The position numbers and the translations under genes were made by a program. Of a stretch of DNA of 55,693 nt, positions 8,772 through 19,179 are shown piece by piece. The stretch lies in the NCBI GenBank assembly GCA_051652765.1, contig JBOFUV010000037.1:1-55693 (forward strand), written 5' to 3'. Position 1 is the stretch's first letter, and every line of letters starts with the position of its first letter. The notes under the pieces are model-generated. The model worked only from the letters and a program-made list of their open reading frames with translations. It was not told the origin of the DNA and did no database searches. Origin of the DNA: Microcoleaceae cyanobacterium (GTDB lineage: Bacteria; Cyanobacteriota; Cyanobacteriia; Cyanobacteriales; Microcoleaceae).

Positions 8772-8969
8772 TTAAGAATCACCGTCTTCAGGAGTGTCAT
8801 TCGCTTGAAGGTTATCTGGATCAACATAGTAACAAACTACGTCATCCAAGCAAATTAATGCCCAACCAGACTCATCAATACTCTTCAACTGATAAGCAAC
8901 AGGCTGAACAAAAAAACCTTTGTGGTTGCGGGTTTCTGGTTTTACATAAACTGAGTTGTTGATGCTCAT
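8772..8969 (-). CDS. Small hypothetical protein (65 aa)
   Basis: AAGGAG upstream of ATG, downstream terminator, globular-looking composition. Confidence 0.6.
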   Translation of the reverse strand: MSINNSVYVKPETRNHKGFFVQPVAYQLKSIDESGWALICLDDVVCYYVDPDNLQANDTPEDGDS

Positions 8970-9254
8970 GACGTCTACGACTCCTTGGTTTGTAATAATT
9001 TTTTGTGAATTTGAAAAAATCGACTGCTATCGGGCGAGTTACCAAATACTATCATTAGTAACCTTAATCTTTGCATAAACTTATATTATTTTTTGTTGCG
9101 AAGATTTAACTACTGTCAAGCCAATTTTATTGCTTAGTATTTATACTTAACCCTTAAAAAAACAAGCGTGATAGAGCCTTATAATCGCTATTTTAGTTAA
9201 ATTTAGTCGAAAAAAGTGTCAAAAAAATGTGGATAGGAAAAATCAAAAAGCATC

Positions 9255-9719
9255 TTACTCCGTTTCAAATAACCATTGCTTTACCCGGATTAAACTTTTC
9301 CAATTTGGCTTCCGGCTTAACCCGTCCTCAATATTTTGTTTAATTTCATCTAACCATTCTGAACTTGCCATAATCATTTGCCCTGCAAGTTCCACATGGG
9401 CACGAACTCCAGTTTTCTTGAGTTCTAGCATTGCCAGGGCTAGATTAATTTGGGCTTGAGGATCATGGGGATTGAGTTTGACGGCTGACTTTGCAGCTTT
9501 ATAGCCCTGTTCGGGTTTGTCTCCCAAGAGGTAGAGCCAAGCCAAACTTGTTCGGGCGCTGCTATTTTTGGGAGCACGGTCACAAACTTCTTTAAAAATT
9601 GGGATCAGAGTGTCTGGGCCTTCTCCTGCTTGATACCGTTCAAACCCTGCTGCAAATAGCTCCTCAGGGGTTTGTGTAGTCTCTGTTTGCGGGGTCTGCG
9701 GTTGTATAGTTTCGTCCAT
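9255..9719 (-). CDS. TPR-repeat protein, conserved in cyanobacteria
   Basis: TPR-like helices 'LAWLYLL..AAKSAVKLNPHDPQAQINLALA'; start taken at ATG 9719 (MDETIQ). Confidence 0.8.
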   Translation of the reverse strand: MDETIQPQTPQTETTQTPEELFAAGFERYQAGEGPDTLIPIFKEVCDRAPKNSSARTSLAWLYLLGDKPEQGYKAAKSAVKLNPHDPQAQINLALAMLELKKTGVRAHVELAGQMIMASSEWLDEIKQNIEDGLSRKPNWKSLIRVKQWLFETE

Positions 9720-9780
9720 CGAATCTTTATCCCTTGCGATATTGTTGTGATCAGTGCATTTTGATCGGTGCGTGATGAGC

Positions 9781-9846
9781 ACTTGTACTCAAGACTTGTG
9801 CTTAAAGGTTGTGCCTAAAGGTTGCGCTTAAGAACTTATGCCTAAA
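9781..9846. repeat. Degenerate 13-bp tandem repeat x5
   Basis: ACTTGTACTCAAG / ACTTGTGCTTAAA / GGTTGTGCCTAAA / GGTTGCGCTTAAG / AACTTATGCCTAAA. Confidence 0.7.
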
Positions 9847-9940
9847 AAGCGACAGGAGACTGTCTAGGTATAAAGACAGCACAACCTATCGCTTAGAGAA
9901 GTACATTAATTAGCTCATGGATTAGCGTCAGCGTCAAACC

Positions 9941-10297
9941 CTAAGTTGCAAAGGATTTACCACATCCACAAGTCTGAACTGCATTGGGATTAGTAAACTG
10001 AAATCCACCCCCAATTAAGGCATCCTGGTAATCTAGCATCATGCCGTAGATGTACAGAAGGCTTTTTGGATCACAAACCACTCTAAACCCCTCGTAGTCA
10101 AAGATTTCGTCACTTTCCTGAATACTGTTCGGGTCAGTGAAATCCATAGCATAGGACATTCCAGAACATCCTCCCTGACGAACTCCGACCCTTAGAACCA
10201 GATCCTTTCCCTGCTTTTCTCTCAGCATCAAAAATTGCTGATGTGCATTATCAGATATCTGAATACCTGGTTTTTGAGACTGAACAGTTTGCACCAT
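9941..10297 (-). CDS. iscA: Iron-sulfur cluster assembly accessory protein (HesB/IscA family)
   Basis: GGCSGMSY and C-terminal CGCGKSF motifs; start taken at ATG 10297. Confidence 0.92.
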   Translation of the reverse strand: MVQTVQSQKPGIQISDNAHQQFLMLREKQGKDLVLRVGVRQGGCSGMSYAMDFTDPNSIQESDEIFDYEGFRVVCDPKSLLYIYGMMLDYQDALIGGGFQFTNPNAVQTCGCGKSFAT

Positions 10298-10503
10298 GGG
10301 TTTAATTATTCTCTCCACTCTAGAACGCTATACTGAGCTGTTAAGTATTGCTATATCCTTATATTATACAATCCTTCGCCTTGTAGCTGTCAGACATAAG
10401 ATCCCATCCTATTATCAGAAATCGGGTCTGGGAAGATGTCAAAAACGCTGTCAGAAAGTTAGTTAGTGAAGTTTCAGTAAAGTTTCAGTAAAGTATTGTA
10501 TCG

Positions 10504-12156
10504 ATGCTACATCTCAATATCTCAACACTTCGTCGCTTGCAAAGTTTGCCTCAAATTCCTAGTGTGTGGGAGGGCGATCGCCGCTCTATGTCTCTCCGCT
10601 CTGGAATTGCTCTAGACGAGGAAGAGTCGGAAGCCTCAGGAGAGTGCATCATTTGGGTCGATGGCTCTCAGGGAATGGTTCGGGCTATGGATATGGTCTC
10701 GGCAGATACAAGTTCTGAGGCCATTGTCAGAACCTTACTTAGGGCCATGGAACATCCCCAAAGTCCAACTCCTGCGGCTCGCCCTCAGAAAATTGTGGTG
10801 AAGGATCGGGAGCTACAGTTTTTCCTCAGAGGGGTGCTACAAGACTTGGATGTGGCGGTTGATTATGTGCCTGACCTGCCTCTGATTGATGAAATCTTCA
10901 GAGGCTTGCAAGAGGTTGCTCAAAACCGACCTCCGCAACTTCCACCGCTTTATGCCTCTGTTTTAGAGCGAAAAGCTTACGATATCTGGCAAGATGCAAT
11001 TTGGCGGCAGTTGGGAGATCATCACATCATTGCGATAGAGATTAACCAATTTGATGTGACGACTCTCTATGTTTCTACCTTGGGAAAACTAGGGATGGAC
11101 TATGGGGTTTTGATGTATCGTTCTCTGGAGTCTCTCAGGCAGTTTCGGGAGCGGGTAATTCGGTATCATTCTGTTTCATCTGATAGTTTAGAAGATGCTT
11201 TCTTGGCTCAAGATTGCCTGTTTGTCACCTTTGAACAGGCTGCAGATTCTGACTTTGACGATGAAGAAGATCTCAACTTAGCGGATTTACCTTTAAGTGA
11301 GATTGAGCCTAGTTTTGGCAATCTACATCCCCTAGAAGGATTACGTTCAATTTTGTACGATGAAGAAGCTGCGGCTGTATTTGTTGCCCTAGAAGCACTA
11401 CATCGATTTTGGCGAGATCATCATCGCCAATTAACCCATCACCAGTTTCCAGCCATAGAGCGTCGCTATCGGATTTCTCTCCCTCAAGGCGAATTGGAGG
11501 GAAAAAAACAGTTGGTATCCGTCAAAGTTTCAACCCAACCCGAGGTCGCGGATGAACTTCTGAGAATTGCAGCCCAAGCAGACGCAGAAGATGATGAACT
11601 TGATCCGGCATCGACCTTGCTGCGAGATGATTTAATTCCTCCCAAATCTCTCCTCAGTTTGGGCGTTTTGCCGTGGGAAACAGCCGATTATCTCCGCAGT
11701 AATACCCCTTTTCATCAACCAACCGAGGCTGACATTACTCAAACTGGGGATGGTCTCCCGGTGATTGTCATTCAAACGTCTAAACCGAAGGCAAAAACCT
11801 TGATTGAAGACTTACAAAATGCCGGAGGGTTGATAGGAATTTGTTTTAATCCAGGGCAAGATCCAAGGGCAGGAGAAACCTATGAACTGGGCATTTTACA
11901 AACTGAAAATGGTGACTTGCATTTATTGGGAGAATTCCGCAAAGATGATCCGGTGCATCAAGCGGCACGCAAGAAATGGGAGCAACGCTGCAAGAAAACC
12001 AAGGGCTACTGCGGCTTAGTGATTGCTATGGGCTTGACAGGAACCTCCCGAGGACAGCCTCAGTTTAAGGATATGATGGCATTGCTGGAAGGGCGATCGC
12101 TGTCTTCTGAGGACTTAGGACTGGATAAGTTAAAGCTGATGTCGTTCTTTCTGTAG
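10504..12156 (+). CDS. Conserved cyanobacterial hypothetical protein (DUF6930-like)
   Basis: 550-aa ORF; N-terminal 'VWEGDRR...ECIIWVDG' pattern recalled from cyanobacterial homologues. Confidence 0.65.
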   Translation: MLHLNISTLRRLQSLPQIPSVWEGDRRSMSLRSGIALDEEESEASGECIIWVDGSQGMVRAMDMVSADTSSEAIVRTLLRAMEHPQSPTPAARPQKIVVKDRELQFFLRGVLQDLDVAVDYVPDLPLIDEIFRGLQEVAQNRPPQLPPLYASVLERKAYDIWQDAIWRQLGDHHIIAIEINQFDVTTLYVSTLGKLGMDYGVLMYRSLESLRQFRERVIRYHSVSSDSLEDAFLAQDCLFVTFEQAADSDFDDEEDLNLADLPLSEIEPSFGNLHPLEGLRSILYDEEAAAVFVALEALHRFWRDHHRQLTHHQFPAIERRYRISLPQGELEGKKQLVSVKVSTQPEVADELLRIAAQADAEDDELDPASTLLRDDLIPPKSLLSLGVLPWETADYLRSNTPFHQPTEADITQTGDGLPVIVIQTSKPKAKTLIEDLQNAGGLIGICFNPGQDPRAGETYELGILQTENGDLHLLGEFRKDDPVHQAARKKWEQRCKKTKGYCGLVIAMGLTGTSRGQPQFKDMMALLEGRSLSSEDLGLDKLKLMSFFL

Positions 12157-12258
12157 CCTCAAACGTTCCTACGAGCAGCCAGCTTGTTCGCTTTTTACTT
12201 TTTATTTTTAAATATTTTTAAAGTCTGGTCTAGCCTTTCAGAAGGCTGAGCCAATGCT

Positions 12259-14292
12259 CTAGTGGATTCTGTTGCGATACCGTCCCAGCGCCAATAACGG
12301 AAAATATTGCGAATAAAAGTGATATTTAATGTAAAAATGACCGGGAAATCCGGTTCCCGTAAACTCTGATTCTTCCCAACGCCCATTGAGGTCCTGAGTC
12401 AAAATCAAGTAATTGATGCCTTTCTCCAGGATCTCTTGCTCAAGGGTTCCGATTGCTTCCCCTGCTGCCAAGAGTCCTAAAATTGCCCAGGCAGTTTGGG
12501 AAGCCGTGCTGACTCCTTGGCCTTTTAGATCGGGATCGGTATAACTGTGACAAGTTTCTCCCCAACCCCCATCCCTGTTTTGACACCGGACTAACCACTG
12601 AACCCCCCGTGCTAGCTGAGATTGATGCTGTTGCGGTTCGACCAATGCCAAGGCTGAAAGCGCCCCACTGGTTCCATAGATATAATTCACTCCCCAGCGC
12701 CCAAACCAACTGCCATCGGTTTCCTGTTCCTGCTTGAGATAAGTCATGGCACGGTTGATAGCATCGGGTGTTGTTAGCTCCGAGTTAAACGGTTGCAGTC
12801 TGGCATTCTGGACGTTAGCCTGTAAATTTAAATTTAAATTTTGAGCCTGTGCTTCCCGATCTAGCTCTCCCAACATTTCAATTACCCGTGCGGTGACATC
12901 GGCAGTATTGGGGTCAATCATGGCCTTCAAATCCCCGTAGGGAACGGCATTGATCCAGTCTTGATCGTTATCCACATCAAAAGCGGCCCATCCCCCAGCT
13001 TGACACTGCATGGTCATCATCCAGCCAAGACACCGACAAATAGCAGCCTGTTTACGCGCTTCATCGGGTAACTTGGCCTGATTTAACGCCATGACAACAA
13101 CGGCAGAGTCATCCAGATCGGGATAAAAGCGATTGTCGAACTCAAAGGCCCATCCCCCCGGTTGTCCGGCTTTGTTCTTGACTTTCCAGTCTCCGTAGTC
13201 GAGGATTTGCTGGTCTAGTAACCATTCGGCTCCTTGAACTACGGCGGGATGATCTGGAGCCAAGCCAGATTCCACGAGCGATCGCACCACCCAAGCCGTA
13301 TCCCAAACCGGGGAAATACACGCCTGCATCCGGTAGGTATCATCCGTTTCGATGGCAAATCGGTCAATCGCAGTCAGCCCGCGTTCCACCACGGGATCGT
13401 TCACGTCGTAGCCCAGGCATTTCAAGGCCAGCAGTGAATTTAACATGGCCGGAATGATTCCGGCCCAATCGCCTGAGGCTTCCTGCCGTTCCAGAATCCA
13501 CTGTTCAGCGGCTTTCAATCCCTCTTGCCGAAAGGGAACAAGATTTAACCGTTCTCCCAGCTTGAATAGATTGTCTAACTCCACAAACACATCTGTCCAA
13601 TCTTGATTGCGGGGGAGTTCAGAGGATGGATTTTCTACGCCTTCAACATAGAGTTCGGTGAGGGTAATTCTGGGTTCAATAAAGAAGACGGGCTTCTGAT
13701 CAAACACGATAATCAGGGGAACCGTGCTACTCCGGGCCCAACTGGACATTTCGTAGAGGGTAAACTTGGGCAGCGAAATTCGGAAGTTGAAATTCGGAAT
13801 CGGCAGTTGGAATTCGGACTGAAATAGATTCCAGGGTTCACGTTCCAACAGCATCATCCAGGGCGGAATAGAGGGCAGACCTTGCCAGGGGTAACAGCCA
13901 ATCAAGGCAAGGTGGAGCTTAGTAAAGATTCGAGTTTTGCTGATGCCGCCCCGTTGCAAAATAAATTCTCGCGCTTTCACTAGGACGGGATCACCGGCGG
14001 ACACTCGCAACAGTCGTAGGGCCATGTAGGCTTCAACGGAGGTGCTGAGTTCGCCGCCATCGCCATAGAACAGTTCCCAACCTCCGTGTTCCCGCTGTTG
14101 CGATCGCAGATACGCTTCGATTTTGTGAAAGGGTCGGGTGGTGTCCGTTCCCCAGATTTTATGCAGCAGCACAATCTCAGCAGTAATACTGACATTTGAT
14201 TCGAGTTCTGCCCACCAGTACCCTGCCGGATATTGATGAGCCAAGAGGTAGTTCTGACTTGCGGCGATCGCTTGTTTTAGTTGATTTAGCAT
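12259..14292 (-). CDS. shc: Squalene-hopene cyclase
   Basis: DLDDSA catalytic DxDD motif, multiple QW repeats (QETDGSWFGRWG, QNRDGGWGE), 'TGTGFPGHFY'. Confidence 0.97.
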   Translation of the reverse strand: MLNQLKQAIAASQNYLLAHQYPAGYWWAELESNVSITAEIVLLHKIWGTDTTRPFHKIEAYLRSQQREHGGWELFYGDGGELSTSVEAYMALRLLRVSAGDPVLVKAREFILQRGGISKTRIFTKLHLALIGCYPWQGLPSIPPWMMLLEREPWNLFQSEFQLPIPNFNFRISLPKFTLYEMSSWARSSTVPLIIVFDQKPVFFIEPRITLTELYVEGVENPSSELPRNQDWTDVFVELDNLFKLGERLNLVPFRQEGLKAAEQWILERQEASGDWAGIIPAMLNSLLALKCLGYDVNDPVVERGLTAIDRFAIETDDTYRMQACISPVWDTAWVVRSLVESGLAPDHPAVVQGAEWLLDQQILDYGDWKVKNKAGQPGGWAFEFDNRFYPDLDDSAVVVMALNQAKLPDEARKQAAICRCLGWMMTMQCQAGGWAAFDVDNDQDWINAVPYGDLKAMIDPNTADVTARVIEMLGELDREAQAQNLNLNLQANVQNARLQPFNSELTTPDAINRAMTYLKQEQETDGSWFGRWGVNYIYGTSGALSALALVEPQQHQSQLARGVQWLVRCQNRDGGWGETCHSYTDPDLKGQGVSTASQTAWAILGLLAAGEAIGTLEQEILEKGINYLILTQDLNGRWEESEFTGTGFPGHFYIKYHFYSQYFPLLALGRYRNRIH

Positions 14293-14298
14293 GAGTCT

Positions 14299-15720
14299 CT
14301 AATTTCTAGCTAGCCGATTTGTCAGCCATTGCCACAGCTTCAAAACCGTTTCTTCAACCCACACCATCAGCCGATCTAATCTTTCTAGAGTATGTTCTAG
14401 AATGTGCTTCTCATAACCCTGGGTGGTCACCTGAACTTCTAACCATTCCGGTATGCCCTCAGCATCAGATTCAGGGATGAACATCTCCGCAGGCTCTGAC
14501 ATCCAGGCAGAAACTTCAGCAGAGGCTTCCTCAACCCTTGTCAAAGTAGACCCTTGAGTCTTGTGGTCAAAGAAATAACTGGCTTGAGTTTCAGTGATTT
14601 TGACGGGTTGAGTTTCCTGAGCCCGACCCCGTCGAAATCTCGATCGGGGTTGGGCTAGAGAGTCAATGGATTGAGATCCAATTGCGTTGATCTTCTGCTG
14701 AACGGATTTAGCAACTGTTTCAGCAGGGATTTCAGCCGATGAAAAGGGATTAACAATCGGTTTGAAATTCAAGGCAACTGGGTTAATCGGGGCCATAGTC
14801 CTTGAATGAACAGGCGGCTGAGCAATCCCGGAAAGTTGTTCTGAGTGTTGTTCTGGATGTTGGTTTAAGTACTGTTTTAATTGGTGTTCTGAAGAGGTTC
14901 TAGAATTCAGTTGAGCATCCAACTGATAAATATGATGATTGAAAAAACGGTCAGCCGTTGACAGCATGAGGGACTTCATCCGATTGAAGTTTGTTCCAAA
15001 AGCGGAGTGCAGTCTTTGATCACTCCCCGGCAGCAACTTTTTTTCTGCCGTAATTTGCCAAGCTTGCTGAATGGACTGTTGCAAATCTTGAGCTGTTTGG
15101 AAGACCGCCGTTGTCACCTTGATTGGCGCAATCCTATACCGTTGTGAAGCTCTCAAAACAGCCTGAAAAGTGGTTTGCAAGGTTCCAGACACTGACGGTG
15201 GCAGCAGGGCCAGGGCTGAAGGCTTCCCCCCCAACTCCTCATGAATATAGCCCCGCAGAAGCTGTTGCTGGCCAGACGAGAGCAGCTTCATAACCTGGTT
15301 ATCGACCCCAACAAGGATGAGTTCTCGGCTTTTGAGGAGTGTTGCAATCCCTCGAACTTTTGCAGAGACAATTTTCCCTGAGGAGCGCCCAACTTCTTCT
15401 CGGGCAATTAACAAAATGCCCTGGATTGACAGATCCGTTGGGACTGCTGACACTGGAACAACTGGGTGAGCCACTTCAGTTCGTTGTCTCGCTTCCAACT
15501 CAGGACGATTTGACCCCTGCCCCGACCGCAACTGCCGACCAACCTGACGCAATGCTTGAGCCATGAGCGCAAAAGGATACAACAAATAATGAGTTGCGGT
15601 ATCAGTTGCACCCTTGATCTGCCTCCAAGTGCGATCACAACTATCTAAAAACCGTCGATACCCTTGAGCTAAAAAATTAAAGGCTCGACTTTTGTAGGGG
15701 CCGGGGCTAGGGTCTGTCAT
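14299..15720 (-). CDS. Cyanobacterial hypothetical protein, probably co-transcribed with shc
   Basis: 473-aa ORF ending 6 nt before the shc start; conserved-looking ends 'GPYKSRAFNFL' and 'GYEKHILEHTLERLDRLMVWVEE'. Confidence 0.7.
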   Translation of the reverse strand: MTDPSPGPYKSRAFNFLAQGYRRFLDSCDRTWRQIKGATDTATHYLLYPFALMAQALRQVGRQLRSGQGSNRPELEARQRTEVAHPVVPVSAVPTDLSIQGILLIAREEVGRSSGKIVSAKVRGIATLLKSRELILVGVDNQVMKLLSSGQQQLLRGYIHEELGGKPSALALLPPSVSGTLQTTFQAVLRASQRYRIAPIKVTTAVFQTAQDLQQSIQQAWQITAEKKLLPGSDQRLHSAFGTNFNRMKSLMLSTADRFFNHHIYQLDAQLNSRTSSEHQLKQYLNQHPEQHSEQLSGIAQPPVHSRTMAPINPVALNFKPIVNPFSSAEIPAETVAKSVQQKINAIGSQSIDSLAQPRSRFRRGRAQETQPVKITETQASYFFDHKTQGSTLTRVEEASAEVSAWMSEPAEMFIPESDAEGIPEWLEVQVTTQGYEKHILEHTLERLDRLMVWVEETVLKLWQWLTNRLARN

Positions 15721-15926
15721 CTTTACACTATGCTTAGAATATTAAGAATATTGAACGGTAAATGATCGCTCAGGATAGTGAATCAAGTTATCGTGGGATG
15801 GCTGCCTTGGCTGTCTTGGCTGTCTGAGTTAGACAGAACGCATAGCCCACAAAGCTCCAGTAGGGATTGAATTCTTGCTCCCGAGTGAGTTAACTCGCTT
15901 ACAAAACTGCTCCCATTCTATCAATC

Positions 15927-18900
15927 ATGACCCAAACTGTGACGAACCAGTGGTCAATTCCGGAATACATTGAGCATTTGCGACGGCTAACCCTGGTTGA
16001 TGTTCAAATGCAATGGCAGATTTGGGATCAGACCTCAATCTTGCCGACCTTAGATGCCTGGGAAAACTGGCCCCAAGTTCAACTGAATCCCCAAAATCAC
16101 ATTGCTTGGCCAAAAGGTCAAACAGTGATTTGGCTGAGTCAAACGTTAACGGTTCCACTACCTTTAGAGACATCAGTAGAGACACCAAATTTAGAACAAT
16201 ATGATTTGACTGGATATTCACTCCGTTTGGGTTTGCGGTGGTGGGCTGAGGATGCCCAAATTTACGTGAATCAAACTTGGGTGCAAGCGGGAGATCTATT
16301 TGATTGTTTTACCCGAGTTTTATTGTCCAATTCAGTGCGGCCTGGAGATCAATTTACCGTGGCTTTAAAACTGATCAGTCCCGGCCATGATCAAGGTGCA
16401 CTGGTGGAATCTTACTGCCAATATGAAGGGCCAGAAAATTGCTTTCATTCCCAACAGATTGATCCAGGTTTTCTTGCAGATGAAATTGAGATTGTTTATA
16501 TTTATCTGACTCAAGGTTTAAAGCATAAAACTGTTCAAGCACAGGGATTGGATCAACTGCATCAAGCTTTGGCTCCAATGAATGAGTCAGCAGTTTCTAA
16601 AACTGAAACATTCCAGAAATCTCTGTATTCTTGCCGTCAGAATCTGTTGAAGTTGTACTTAGAACTGCAATCAGATTTACCTGATTTAACACTCAAGCTT
16701 GTTGGTCATGCCCATCTTGATCTGGCTTGGCTTTGGCCTGTCGAGGAAACCTGGAAAGCTGCCCAACGAACTTTTGAATCTGTCCTGAATTTACAACAGG
16801 ATTTCCCAGAGCTAATCTTCTCTCATTCGACCCCAGCATTATATGAATGGATTGAGCAAAACCGTCCTGACTTATTCACTCAAATCCAGCAAAAAGTACG
16901 GGAGAATCGTTGGGAAGTTGCGGCTGGACTTTGGGTAGAACCAGAACTCAATATTTTAGGTGGAGAATCCCTTGTTCGGCAAGTTTTATACGGTCAACGT
17001 TATGTGCAAGCAAAGTTTGGCCAGTATTCTCAAGTGGCCTGGTTACCAGATAGTTTTGGATTTTGTTGGCAGCTTCCACAAATTTTACAACAGGGCAAGA
17101 TTCAGTACTTTGTCACTCAGAAATTACGATGGAATGATACGACTCAATTTCCCCATGGAGTATTTTGGTGGCGATCGCCCGATGGCAGTCAAGTTTTGAG
17201 TTACATGTCGGCTTTAATTGGAGAAAGAATTGACCCAATTAAAATGGTGAAATATGGAGTTGAATGGCATCAACAAACAGATTTAAATGAAGCCCTTTGG
17301 TTGCCAGGAGTTGGCGATCATGGCGGTGGCCCAACTCGCGATATGTTAGAAATTGCCCGTCGTTGGCAGCAGTCTCCGGTTTTTCCCCAACTTGAATTCA
17401 CAACTGTTTCCGAATATTTAGATCAAGTAACCCCTCAAAAAAACTCTAATTTTCCCGTTTGGAATGACGAATTGTATCTGGAATTTCATCGGGGTTGCTA
17501 TACTACCCATGGTGATCAAAAACATTGGAATCGTCACTGCGAACGGTTACTGTATGAAGTAGAAATTTGGGCCTCTATTGCAGCGCTTTGGGCTGGCTTG
17601 AATTATCCTAAAACCCAGCTAGAAATAGCCTGGAAAAAGGTTTTATTTAATCAATTTCATGACATTTTACCGGGTTCATCGATTCATTCAGTTTATGTTG
17701 CAGCCAACCAAACTTGGCAAGAAGTGGAACGCATCTGCTTAGAAATTCTTCATCAATCTTTTGAGGGCATTTGTCATCAAACTTTGTTCCCATATCCGCC
17801 TCAGTTAAATGCAATTCCGATTCTAGTTTTTAATGCTTTAAATTGGGTCAGATCAGAAGTGGTTGCTCTCACTCTTCCAGCTTCAGAACTTCCGTGGAAA
17901 ATTTGTCAGAGTTCTGGAGAATCTGTTCTATCTCAGTCCTCTCAAGATCAACTCTTATTCCAAGCATCAGATATCCCATCTGTGGGCTATCGGGTTTTCT
18001 GGTTATGTCCAGAAGACTCTGAGAATGCTACTCAAAAAAGTGCTGACTTTACAGGTTCAGAGTGGGTTTTAGAAAACCCATTTTTAGTTGTTCAAATTTC
18101 AGCAAAAACCGGAAATATTCTGCAAATCTTTGATAGAGTAAACCAGCAAGACGTATTGGCCAATGAAGAAGGGAATCAGCTCCAGTTTTTTCAAGATCAA
18201 GGGCAATACTGGGATGCTTGGAATATTGATCCAAACTATCAGAACTATGTCCTTACAGAAATTCAGTTGCAATCCATTCAATGGATCGAACGCGGAGATT
18301 TACAACAACGATTGCGCGTGATCCGCTGTTTTAGAAATTCTGAATTTTGCCAAGATTATATTTTGCGAATTAATTCTTCTATTTTAACAATTGAAAGTAC
18401 TGTTGATTGGCAAGAAACCCATGTTCTAGTCAAGGCTACATTTCCTTTAAATCTTAGTGCAGAACTGGCTAGCTGTGAAATACCCTGTGGCGTGATTCAA
18501 CGCCCAACGCGCCCTAAAACCGCTGCAGAAAGAGCACAGTGGGAAATTCCTGCGATGAATTGGGTTGAACTAAATTCAGGTGACTATGGTGTCAGTTTAT
18601 TGAATAATTGTAAGTACGGTTATGATATTCAACCAAGTCAGATTCGTCTGACTTTATTGCGGGGTTCAACATGGCCCGACCCAGTTGCAGATCAAGGAAT
18701 TCATCACTTTACGTATGAGATTTATCCCCATGCCGGAAGTTGGAAAGAAGCAAATGTGGTACATCAAGGTTATGAGCTGAATCAACCTTTGCGAGTAAAT
18801 CTTTTACACCCTGAAGTCGTTAAATTTAATTGCAATTCTCAAGCTTTAGATGAGAAAAGCTTTCTTGATCTTCAGGCAAAAAATCTAATTTTAATGGCCT

Positions 18901-19178
18901 TAAAACAATCTGAACTGAATCCTCAAGATTGGATTCTGCGATGTTATGAATCTGAAGGAAAATCTGTAACATTAAAGCTGGCAGGAAGTTTAATCACAGA
19001 AAGTCTAGGGAAAGAAAGTTTTACTCCAGTTAACCTATTAGAAGAACCCTTGGAAGCAATAAGAGAGAAAGAAGTACTAGAAGAAAAGCCAGAAGAAATT
19101 GTGGAGTCATGCGGTAGTTTTGAATGCCGAAGTTTTACCGTTGATCCTTGGAAAATTGTTAGTTTTAGGTTAAGTTAA
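15927..19178 (+). CDS. Alpha-mannosidase (GH38)
   Basis: 'VGHAHLDLAWLW', 'WLPDSFG', 'GDHGGGP', 'NQFHDILPGSSI' motifs. Confidence 0.95.
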   Translation: MTQTVTNQWSIPEYIEHLRRLTLVDVQMQWQIWDQTSILPTLDAWENWPQVQLNPQNHIAWPKGQTVIWLSQTLTVPLPLETSVETPNLEQYDLTGYSLRLGLRWWAEDAQIYVNQTWVQAGDLFDCFTRVLLSNSVRPGDQFTVALKLISPGHDQGALVESYCQYEGPENCFHSQQIDPGFLADEIEIVYIYLTQGLKHKTVQAQGLDQLHQALAPMNESAVSKTETFQKSLYSCRQNLLKLYLELQSDLPDLTLKLVGHAHLDLAWLWPVEETWKAAQRTFESVLNLQQDFPELIFSHSTPALYEWIEQNRPDLFTQIQQKVRENRWEVAAGLWVEPELNILGGESLVRQVLYGQRYVQAKFGQYSQVAWLPDSFGFCWQLPQILQQGKIQYFVTQKLRWNDTTQFPHGVFWWRSPDGSQVLSYMSALIGERIDPIKMVKYGVEWHQQTDLNEALWLPGVGDHGGGPTRDMLEIARRWQQSPVFPQLEFTTVSEYLDQVTPQKNSNFPVWNDELYLEFHRGCYTTHGDQKHWNRHCERLLYEVEIWASIAALWAGLNYPKTQLEIAWKKVLFNQFHDILPGSSIHSVYVAANQTWQEVERICLEILHQSFEGICHQTLFPYPPQLNAIPILVFNALNWVRSEVVALTLPASELPWKICQSSGESVLSQSSQDQLLFQASDIPSVGYRVFWLCPEDSENATQKSADFTGSEWVLENPFLVVQISAKTGNILQIFDRVNQQDVLANEEGNQLQFFQDQGQYWDAWNIDPNYQNYVLTEIQLQSIQWIERGDLQQRLRVIRCFRNSEFCQDYILRINSSILTIESTVDWQETHVLVKATFPLNLSAELASCEIPCGVIQRPTRPKTAAERAQWEIPAMNWVELNSGDYGVSLLNNCKYGYDIQPSQIRLTLLRGSTWPDPVADQGIHHFTYEIYPHAGSWKEANVVHQGYELNQPLRVNLLHPEVVKFNCNSQALDEKSFLDLQAKNLILMALKQSELNPQDWILRCYESEGKSVTLKLAGSLITESLGKESFTPVNLLEEPLEAIREKEVLEEKPEEIVESCGSFECRSFTVDPWKIVSFRLS

Positions 19179-19179
19179 T

